From positions 1 to 64,000 of the forward strand of contig NOWV01000229.1 of assembly GCA_003344405.1 (NCBI GenBank): a stretch of 64,000 nt of DNA. The letters run 5' to 3'. The position numbers and the translations under genes are program-made. The DNA is from Trichoplax sp. H2 (Eukaryota). Below are positions 40,632 to 52,600 of this stretch, piece after piece; position 1 is the stretch's first letter, and each line of letters starts with the position of its first letter. Below the pieces are notes generated by a model, which was not told the origin of the DNA, made no database searches, and saw only the letters and a program-made list of their open reading frames with translations.

Positions 40632-43600
40632 TTACTTCTTATTTGATTTTGAGTTGATATCATTCGACCAGGCAGATTTCCGAAGCTTAAGTAGAATATA
40701 ATTGATAGTGACTTTTTTAATTTCAGATACTGACGTTATGAAGGCTATTGTACGAGTAGCCTGATTATGTAAATACGTAGTGTAACATATACTCAAATTA
40801 ATTTATATCAGCTTAAGGAATATACGCGTACAGAGCTTTATTTTTATAAATGTATCAATTTAAATCCTTACCTTGGAAGCTGCACCCAGTCCTCCAGTAT
40901 CGGAATTTTTCATGGAAGAAATAACATTTCGACCTTTTGCAAAGCAATTCATATAATATTTCTTGACCTAAGGATGATAAATCAAATCTCAAAAGCTAAC
41001 TCACAAAAATATCAGTAGTTAAACCTTTATTTTTAAGCCAAAATTTCTCTTAGCAACAAAATTAAAGTAACGATATGCACTTTAAGCTTACACCTTTATA
41101 GTTATAGCAATGAAAGTAAAAAACGAATGTCCCCTTCCAAGATTGCATTGATTCCATAAAATAGATAGAGTAAAACACCTGATTATTTGGATATAATATT
41201 TCCATGCCTTTAAGATTGTTAGCTTACCTGTAGTGAATTAAATATAACAAAAAGGTAAGAAAATGTAACCGTAGAATTGTTAGCTGATATGAAACCAAAT
41301 GCCCATGTAACTCCAAGCAACGGCAGTAAAGCAACAGCTGCACGAAGGGAGACCCTAGACATCAAGATACAAGATGAAATATTAGCAAAGAGTGGATAAC
41401 TATATATATAATTATAGAATAAAATGATCAAATTATATCTTGAAATAAGGAAACGGCTATCATTCCTTGTGGACTTATAATCAGATAGAATAGTAATTTT
41501 TCCTTTACAGCTTTCCACTTGAAACTTACTTGACTTTTTGTAAGCTGCTTTTATTAGCAACAGCACGAATTCCTATTAAGGTTTTAGTAATTCGTGCCAT
41601 AAGAATAAGATTGATCTGTAAGGAAATGAAATAAGTCAGTTTATAATACTGCGATGTATTACTTGCATTTCAGCTTCAAGTTAGTGAAATCATTCATTTT
41701 ATCCTTACAGCTATGATAATCATAACTGGAATGCCGAAAGCCAAAAGTAAAAAGTTACCGGGCTTAATCCAACAACTACAAATAAACAAAGATCAGAGTA
41801 GCATCAAGTTTTATTCAAATTATAGGTAAAATATCCTACAACTACATTAATAAAGCAGCTTTAGAGTTTCTAGCAGTATAAGATTAGCTAATAGATATGC
41901 TGTAGTAATAGTATACGTAAATAATTATCAATTTATTTCCAGATCAATTTTTCTGTTAAAGCTACGTCAATTATCTAGTAATACTTTAGGAGTACATACT
42001 AGTCCGCTGTGCCGTATAATCCTTGATTGGAAAGGAAGGCAGCAAGAACAGTGACTAATGGTGTGCCTAAATTGTCCAAATTATGTTAATCATCAAATCG
42101 AAAACCTAATATGTTAGTATTTATGACTTTACTATTGCCCTTACCCCATCCAACAACAAGATACAAGATCGCAGAAGAAATTTTCTCTGGCCAGAAATAA
42201 GACATCTTAAAAGTAACAATACCTTCTACCAACATCCAGGAAAAGGAAGCCAGAAATGAAAAATGCAACATAAAAGCGATGGCTTGACATAGCCCCTAGA
42301 TCATAAATAGCAATGAAGATCGAAAATCTTGAACAAGAATTATTGGCTATGGTCTTGTAACGTATATGCAATGTTGACCATGCTAACTTAAAAAGAAGTG
42401 ATAGTAATCATTGGAAACTGTTACGAAGTGTAGCTTTGTAAATTATAAATTAGGCAATAATAATTGATTAACCCGGTTGCTTACCATTTTGGTAGACAAC
42501 CATGAAGCTCATACTAAGTTATGTTAATTGTCTGGGAGTAACTCCCATAGTAACATATACAATTTGTAGAAGGAGCAATTTACTAGTATGCCCCACAAAT
42601 GAGTGGGGATGGTATAAAAGACCGAGCGAATTGCCATTCGCTAGTAGTAGTTGCTCCGGGCTAGGACAAACTAGTAGAGACTAGAANNNNNNNNNNNNNN
42701 NNNNNNTATGGTCTTGTAACGTATATGCAATGTTGACCATGCTAACTTAAAAAGAAGTGATAGTAATCATTGGAAACTGTTACGAAGTGTAGCTCCGTAA
42801 ATTATAAATTAGGCAATAATAATTAATTAACCCGGTTGCTTACCATTTTGGTAGACAACCATGGGGCACTAGTACTGGTTGTTTACAATTATTATAAATG
42901 GAATAATCAACAAAGATTTAATTATACTTAGTTAGATATAATATTGTTTAATATAGGATTAGCTTATGGGAGCGCACTGCTCCAACAATTAATTACTCAT
43001 ATTGGTGCTGAGCACAAATGAGTGGGGATGGTATAAAAGACCGAGCGAATTGCCATTCGCTAGTAGTACTTGCTCCAGGCTAGGACAAACTAGTAGAGAC
43101 TAGAAATCGGATGGCCGAATAAAAAGTACTAGTGGCTTGAAAGAAACCTGAGTAGTTGTGTGTGACTGTGTGGAAAGAGTTAGTTTTCCCTAAGTAGAAG
43201 ACTCCCAAGTCAGTGGAAGCCTTACACAATTACTATAGCACATGAGATAACCAAATCACAAGTGGGATTTGTGAAGGAAACTAAATTTAATTTTAAAATT
43301 AAATCGCTATTCACGAGCTGAACTAAACTCAATATTCATTAGTTCCCTAAAAGAAATTTAATATATTTCCAAAGGTTAAATTAGAAAGTATTTTCTATTA
43401 CTTTTTCTGAATAGCATCGGATTTTAAGACTCTAATGAACCTCAATTATTTCGAAATAGACTTTTATTGCTGTAATAAAGCTTTCCTCCAAATTAATTTT
43501 TACTAGCAATAGCTTATATTTAGCTTATTTTCAACCACTTGCCAACTTACCTCGTTGTGCGTCTTTTCAATTCCAAATAAAAATATGCACGTAGAAATGA

Positions 43601-46600
43601 TCATCGATACCGCTAAATTAGCATGTACCATACCACGGATGCTATGAAATCGTCTATACGTACAAGTGTATATTAAAATTAGTAGTGATAATTTATTTTA
43701 GCGCTTTCTAATCGTCTATTAATATTATTTGACCGCAACTACCGATAGATATTAACAAGTAATCTACCTACATCAGGGTTACTTATTTTGTAATTTATCG
43801 CGAAGAATATTAACTTGACATAGCTTGCAAATATGACAACCCAAGAAATGATAATATAAGTTGTAGCTAAGAAATGATCTTGCCTTTGTCTTATCACTAA
43901 ATGTTTACTTCCAAATTGCCGGGATCAGGCCGATATAACTACATAATGGAGTTTACTAATCTCAAATTAGCGAGATTTACCTGATAGCCGTAAAGGTTAT
44001 AAATGTAAATAGCAGGCACATCAAAGAAATTGACAATCCAATGTAGGTTAAGATACTTAATATTCGCTTATGAACTGCAGGAATCTATTTTACAAATGTT
44101 AGTTAGAGAAAAGAACTAGGGGTTAGGAATAAGTTATCAATCAATTCTTGATCCGTGTTGAAATTTAAATATCCATACCGTGTTATTACTATATTGAAGC
44201 AAGACCGAGAAGCTTGTTAAATGATAGGAGATACATTTTACGACAGTGCTATTGATCCTTTCCGTAAATAAATCATCCGATGCCCAATTATGAACACTAT
44301 TTCCAAGATTAAGGTTGTAAAATTCACTTAATAAATTTCAATTATGGTATAAATTATACTGTATACTAGTGGTCATGGCTATTTTTCAAAGATAGTGGTT
44401 ATTTTTTAAACTTCTCATACGTTCTTTTCCAGTAGACGCAAAGAGCTTTTACATTACTATCCTAGTTTCAAAAAATAAAAATTATCTTAGAATAAGCGAT
44501 AAATTCCTTACATTTCAATCTTCCATATTGCTTGCTAATAATTAATTATTATACGAGATTCTACTTTACTATCTTGTTAATTGTCGTGCTACCTGTTCGA
44601 TTCTAAAATAAATTACGACAGGATTACTTAATCTTCCTTCGACCATAGGTTTAATACTGCACGAAATAGCAAACTTTAATGGTATCGATGAGCTAAAAAA
44701 ATAATTCTTTTATTAAACAACTAAAACGCTTAAGCTAGCAAAATATTCGACTGAAATCACATTCATACTACTATATGAGTAAAAAGGCATTTTTTTAGGA
44801 AGGTTTCTTATTCAAAATATGAAATAAGAAAAAAAAATGCCATATTACTTTGATATTAAACATTTATTGACTCTTTATAAAACAGCTTGGTAATTGTTTT
44901 AAAGCATCAATAGATTTTAGAGAGATGATACAGGTTTGATTACGTCTATGCTCAAACTAGCTATATATAAGGCCTTATTCGATACAGTTTTGATAGCATA
45001 AACAAAGAACTAAAATGCAAGCTAATTTTCTACCGATCTTATGCTCTTCTCATGAACGGTTAAATTATAACTTTCGCTAAATTGCACAGAAATTAATTCT
45101 CAAAATATTCAAATTTTATATATTATGTTCTAGAGGTAGACTTAATCACTATTGGTATTCAACCTCAATTTGTTATTTACTACACCTGCTTTTGTATTGA
45201 TTGGGTGTCGTTTTATAAACTCCTACAGCCATATGAAACCTCCCTAAAATAATTTTAGGTAATATACATAAAATATTCGACATTGAAATGGCTGTAAGGT
45301 GCAGATTTAATAACTTCATCTTTAGACTTGTCCTACTTCAATAGATTCTAATTGCCTACCACTAAAATCAGTTGGCACTACGGATGGTGGAATCTCAATC
45401 TTTTGTGGGTATTCTGGCCCTTTGAACTGTACGGTAGCTAATCTATCTTCTACGTCAACATCGATATCCTTTTTGAAGTTTATCCTAATTCCACTCATTA
45501 CAAAATAATGAACGTCTAGAATAGAAAAATATCTGATTGGAAATTTGAAGTGAACAAATATTTATGAAGAAGAAACCAATTTAAATTCTCTGTTTATAAA
45601 AGAGCTAGTAATTCGAACTCAAAATCGTCTGCTACTAATCTGCCTACGGTTAATTTCAGTTAGTGACTCTAACAATTAAATTAAGGTTCTGCTGATTGCT
45701 ATCTGACATATTAACAAGTATAATTAATAATTAACCAAAATTTTCAAAACAAACTCATAAAAATTTATACAGACTATCAGAAAACAAAACAGCAACTTTA
45801 TATATTTTTCTGGAAATCTATGAAATTTTAAGAAACACAGAACACCTTGGAGACATCAGGGTAAATATTGCAAATAAATTAACCATAGATAAATTAAGCA
45901 ATTGATATCGAGGCTAATGTAATTATATTACTGTCTGTAAGATTTTAAATTACTTTATTTAATTTAGAGATCTTTACCTAAGGTCTTGTTATATTTCGTT
46001 GCTTGGACAGTATTTGAATTTGTAGAATTTAATCCTTCCGCTAATTTTAATCCAGAATCATCGACAATTTGATCGTAATTATCATCTTGAATGATACTAT
46101 TTGGTGTCGAAGTTGAAGCTAGAGTTGATTTAGTAGTCGTAGCTACTGCTGGCTGTATCGTGGTAGATGCTCCTGTCAATAAATTTATTCAAACATGTTT
46201 ATCTTAAAGTTAAATTCTGTCGAAACATACGGGTTACTTTGCAGCTTAAGAGATATAGTATATTGTGATACTAAGGATAAATAACGTGCGGTAAATTTAT
46301 GCTATGCATTCTATTCATAATGTCGATTAGTAGATGGTTAAATGGGCCTATTTTCAAATAACTATTTTTCCTCACTCCGATTAGTACTGATAATTTTTAC
46401 TTGCTCATGGAGAATTTAATTCTTAAATTATATCCATTTTTGAACATTATCTAAGCGATAAAGCTAGTCTAGTCTGGCCTAATCTTGAATAGAAAATATA
46501 TAGTTGATTTTCTATTAATACTATAAGTACTACCACTCAATACGATCAGTAGAATTAATACTTATAATTTTAACACGCTACTGGAGTATTCAATGCTTAA

Positions 46601-49600
46601 ACAATATGCATTTCTGCAACTTTAAATATTTTACTTCATCTAAATAATTAAGTTATTGTAGTCTTAACTAGTCTTAAAAAGAAGATTTATAGTTGATTTT
46701 CTATACATGCTATTCCTTGTTAACGATTACGATACGCGTGTATAAGGGCAATTGGCCTATTTTCAAATAAGTATTATATATCACTCTTTCCGAATAGTAG
46801 AATTAATACTGGTAAGCTTAACATGCTAATAAAGAATTTATTTCTAAAAATATCTATTTTTGTAATAATTTTATCTATTAAACACCTGGTAAGCGATAAA
46901 GTTCTACGATATTCAGTATTAACCTCTTAGCTACAGTACCGAATAACCAACACTTAGCTATTAAAGCTATCGAAATCGGAGGCTAATCGACTTGCTTTCA
47001 GGAAGATATTGCTAACCTTCTAACAGCATTAAAACTATTCTTTGCATTAATCATTATGAATAACAAACTCTTTGTGAGTGCTACTATCGAAATCAGCGGC
47101 TAATTAACTTACTTTGATGAAGATAATACTAACTTCCTAATAATGCAAAACTATCCAAGAGGTGATTCACAAGCCGCTTTCTTTTCAAATGAATTGTAGT
47201 TTTATGCTGCACTATTTATATATTCCTTATTTTGCATACCTTTACTGGTTAGAATCTTTCGACAAATTGGATATGCTTTATGACCGATGCAATCTACCGG
47301 ATACCAGACCCAAGACTTTTGGAAGGAAACATATTTCATTGCAGCGCACTGGTGATGATTATTACTACTATTGATCCCTAATTTGGTAACTGGATGTAGT
47401 ATACTCGAGTCCTGTAACCAGCGAAATGTTTGATTGGTTTTATATAGCCCAAGCCAAAAGGATGCACCGTCCAAATCGATACTTTCTGACATATTTTGTG
47501 TTTCTAGTAGTATCAAATTTTCTACAAAATCTTGCAATTTTTTTGATGATAGTATAAGCAGATCCGAACTGTGATAACCGCACAGTTCACGCGCCTCGTA
47601 AAAGCTCATTGGTAGGTAGGTAGTTCTAATACAACTAGATCCATTATTATTCCAAAAAGTGGGGCATTTAGAATGTGCTCTTCCTATATTGTTTATTAGA
47701 AATCAATATTACAGACGGTTCGTCATCTTAACGAGATAGTTCTCAACATCGTCAAGAAACAGCCTAATTACACACTAGAAGTATGCTGCAGGTAAGTAAG
47801 TATATTACATACATAATAGAGGTTCAGTCTAACATCTTTTTCAGTCAAGCTAATAGAATGATTGAAATCAATAGTATGTTCTAAAATACTTACGATAGAT
47901 GCTAGAATCGATGATGATGTCTGTTGTTAATCCGGACGCATCTGTAGAGTATATATCGTTAAATAAAGTAGTAAGATATCCGTACATACAGCGCAAATTT
48001 TCTTTGAGTTTTGATCATTTAAAAGTGCATAAATATAGTAGTAATACTATAATAACTTAATAATCTCATTTGACATGTTTAAAATGTTCTATTCTTAGTT
48101 TGAGTAGCTTAAACTTATCCATTTCTAGTGATTTATAAGCAGACCATTATTGGCAGAAAAGCTTATTAATGCCAATCAATACCATATTATTTGCATTTTA
48201 GAGATTTTAAATTCTTACTCAGTTAAATTTGAAACCTAGGATTAGTAATACTCTAACTTATTAATTCCAATCAACGCGAGCTATTTTAAATCCTTACCCC
48301 ATTAATTTGATAATTAGAATCAGCAATTTTCTAACTTACTAATACCAATCAATATGATATTATCTATACTTTAGTTATTTTAAATTCTTACTCAAAGAAG
48401 TTCAATATATTGTACTGGATACGTTATATTCTAACTTATGGTTGCCGATCAACACGATATCATCTACACTTTGATTAATTTAAATTCTTGTTTGATTAAG
48501 TCTGATAAATAGGATAATTAAAATTCTAACTTACATCTTTGGCAAATGAAAGAAAATGAACGATTACAGTCTCTTGTATACCAGCTGGCATCAGTACGAT
48601 TTAATTTCAGTAATGAAACACAGTCTTTACCTCCAAGACTGGGCTGATTCTTGGCCCATACGGAATAATTTAAACCAAGGTTACTTCCATACCAGAAGAA
48701 GAATCCATTAACATACTGCAAGCCAATCCATACTTCTTCTCCATTACTGATCATCGCATTAATGATGGCATCCGTATTTGCATCGTTAATTATAACCGGC
48801 TGAGATCCCAGTGAGCATTCTTTACTCACTTCCGAGTTAGGGACTAAACCAGTATGAAAGTCGTAGCATCGCTTATTGTAGACAAGCCAACCATATGGGC
48901 ATGTAGCTGTTATAAGCAGTAAATACCATTCATCAATTTCGTTTAACTTCAATTCCTTAAAATTCAGCTCTTTAATCAACCCTCTACATGGACTACTCAC
49001 GAAAATAATATCTTCCAATTCCTGACGAAATATTTCCTGCAGCAGTATAAGTATTCTAGCAAATATAATGTAAATTATTGTCACATACTTGAAACCATTA
49101 CGAGTAACTAACATTAATGTAGAACTGAAAACTGCCAAGATAAAACAGTTTCTCATAAGCCAATTTTATTTCATGTAACTAAAATAGATTGCTATATATA
49201 TTTCGGTGAAAGTTCAAGAATATGTTTGTAAGTGTAACAAATTATTAATAAGAAAGATTTACTTCTAACTAGCTCCATCATTAATCACGTATTATCTTTT
49301 AGCAATAGACATTTACCAGAAGAAAGAGCTAAGAGGTTACTAAATTTGGGCATACATTAAGGTACTTACCATGGATGGGATTATCATCGAGTAGTCAGTA
49401 TCTACATTAGTGTATCAAATAGATAGAGTAAATAATTACCATTTATAATAAGGACTGCGACAATTTAGAATAAAATCCGATTTTTCAAGTAATATTTCCA
49501 TTCTGTTACTAGCTAAATCATAACAGAGTAAATTATTTTTTACCCTAATAGGAGATACCTTTCTCACATAGCGGGTAAAAGTTGTAGTTATTAAGACAAT

Positions 49601-52600
49601 TTTGTAGCTGCCAATAGACAACATTGCTAGTTATGTTAGCTACCATGCAGAGATCTAGTGTATTCAAGTTTCGATGTGTGTCAAATAAAATGTCGTTAAT
49701 CCACTGTAGTCCACTAGTATTCGACTTGAGAGCAATCCATACAGACTTTCCCGTTGATCGAACCATACTAGCAACGAAATTAAATTCGGATTCATCATGC
49801 AAAATGGCTAAGCGAGCGTGGCTTTCCTGACAGTGATAAAATGCCGTAGACCATTGCTTAAAATTACTACTGGAAGGCTGATAACATTTCTCTCCAAGTT
49901 GCCACCATCCCACGGGACAAGTGAGCTCTACGCAGTTCCCATAAATGATTAAACCGATATATTAGTGTACTATTTAGCAAAGTGATGAGTAATATAAAAG
50001 CAATTAATCTTGTTACCACAAGGGATTGAGTATTTCAACTTGGCAAGGATTACCTTGCTCGCATAAAAATGGATAAAAGGAAGTACAACGTCGATTATTC
50101 CATAAAAAAGTTTTACTGCTCATTGTAACACATTTTCCAGACTGAGGATCCTGTTCTTTGAGCGGACGAAATTTTTCCCAATTGGTAAATGGTGGTAAAC
50201 TGCTATTTAACCACTGAAAGTCTGCTATACCCGTTACCGTAGTCTTTAGACTTCTTAATCCAATCCACATCTCCGAGTAGATGGCTGCTGGTATAGCTGA
50301 TTTTATAGCTTGCAATTTTTCTTTAGATTCAATTTGAATTAATCGCTTACCCACAGCTTCACAATAGTCTTTGCATAAGGAAAACGGCAATGGGTCATGA
50401 ATTGCAGTAATGCAAGTCTTATTATAGCGCATTGATGGAGGGTTGCAGCTATTTACACCTAGTTATTACGTAGACGATTGATGAAAACTTAAATCAGTCA
50501 ATAAACTTTATATTAAATATTCACGGTACTGTTGTTAATATTCATTCTACATGTATAACTTACTAGCTTGTGTGGGTAAGTGATAACCGGATAAAGGATA
50601 CGACGAAAGCTCAGATTGAGAATTGTTAGAAGTTAAATCTAAATGAGAAATTTTAATCGTAACAGAAAGTGGAAATTTACGCTATTTCTTTCAGCTAAGA
50701 AATGCACAGTCCAATCCAAAAATATCCAATAGGACTTAATATATATGAACGTGACCGTATGCAAAGTCGGTCACGTTCATATACACATATAGTAAATAGA
50801 AATATAGCTTTTTTCTTGCACTTAGTAGCTCAATCTTAACATTAGCATCATGAAAATCCAATCTATTCCCAAAATATCAACCTCTATGAGTTAATTATTG
50901 ACTCAAATTCATTAAGACAATCACTACATATTGTAGATACGTATTTATGCGTATGACTTTGCAGTGCAGTCCCAAACAGAGCTAAGATTAAGATTGTACG
51001 AGAATAGTAACTTGCATGTTAGAATATAAGATTTTGTAGGTATCTATTTGCAGAAGGTGGTTATAAGACGTATTTTAGCTATTCTAATGAAATTATTGTA
51101 TTAAAATTTGCAGACATGAATAGGCTGCGCTAAGTATTTCCAATTTCTATCAACGAATTATCGACATAAACTTATAAAGATTATTACTATTTATCTAGAG
51201 ATTTACGCGCACAACTTTATGTTACTATCCATAGTAGACCTAAGATTAAGATAGTGAGAGAATAGTAACTAGTATGCTAGATTATTAAATTGTTTAACTG
51301 TTTCTTTTTAGAAGATGTTTACAATAGCACGATTTTTTACTATCTTATCGAGGTATTTACGTTGAGATTCGGAGACATGAATAGATTGCGCCAAGTATTT
51401 CTAACTTTTATGAGTAAAATTATCGATACAAACTCATTCAGATAATCACCCCTTATCGTCTAGATTTACGCGTATAGCGTTCTAGTGCAATCCCAAATAG
51501 AGCTAAGATGAAGATTGTACGAGAATGTTAACTTGTTTGTCAGATTACAAGATTGTGAATCTATTTATAGAAGATAATTATAGGATTTTGGCAATTCCAT
51601 TGAAACGTTTATATTAAGATTTCGAGACATGAATAGAGTGTACCCAGTACGTGGATACCGTAAGATTTGTATTGTAATACTTAATTAGAAACGTGAATAA
51701 AGAATAGATCATGATAATAAATTGAGATTTAATTTTATAACTTAAGTAGTAAGATTGCATTGTATTGCTAAAAGAATCATTCTGCTATTGATTATGTAAA
51801 AATTATGAATTTGGTTGCAATAATTTAGATAATTTAGAAAGTCTAATTGCGGCTAGATAGTCCTTCGTAGTTGTAAGACGAGCCGAATTGATGTCATGAA
51901 GAAAAGTTGGAAGTGACTGTAATTCTTATTTTATATTATTTCAAAGATGCTCTATCACAAAAATTGATCGCCTTATGGTAAGAAAATGGCTTGTGATCTG
52001 CAATATCATGGGTTTATTATAGGATAATATGTCGTATGCATAACCAAAAATCATCAAGAACTCTTTATAACAGCGTTTCTCTTAGGAGTTCTTGGAATCA
52101 CGCACCGAATTCGAACTTAATACGTGAGCAATTTAAACTTCTGTAAACAATAAATCTTAAATACTAGCTTTCAGTCATGATACAGATACTTAAAACAGCT
52201 TTTATTTTGATGTGATGCTGTTACTTATTTTCAATTTGATTCAATCTCGCTTCAATACAAAGAAATAAATTAAACGCAATCCATTTATTCTTACCAAGCT
52301 GGCAAATGAAACGATAATGATCGCAACATCGTAAGTTAGTCCAATTTAGCTGAATAGCATGAGCTCCATACGACACACCAGCACATAATTTCGATGAATT
52401 TACTACGATTCCTTGATGCCAAGTATTCCAACTTCCAACAGTAGTATTACTGTCGATCCAAGTTGCATTAGTGAATGTCCCGTTCTGATCTACCAGTCCA
52501 ATCCAGTATAAGCTGGAAGCGCCACCAGTACTATTAGTTAATGTTCCTACTATTTTATTAAGAGCGATATTTTCGGCTGCATCATTAATCTCTATTAAGC

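Noticed and set aside
42348..43105. Paired repeats as the 5' and 3' LTRs of a full retrotransposon hidden in the gap
   Set aside because: Both copies are preceded by the same flank (tatggtct), and no PBS, PPT or gag/pol is visible. Uncollapsed alleles fit better.
46340..48490. Short diverged direct repeats in introns of paralog C (46340-46860, 46960-47160, 48170-48490)
   Set aside because: Low-copy, AT-rich and degenerate, with no termini or coding signal. They look like ordinary intronic duplications.
50940..51650. Periodic repeats as a CRISPR-like array
   Set aside because: The units are long, diverged along their whole length and lack unique spacers. The context is a eukaryotic intron with no cas genes.
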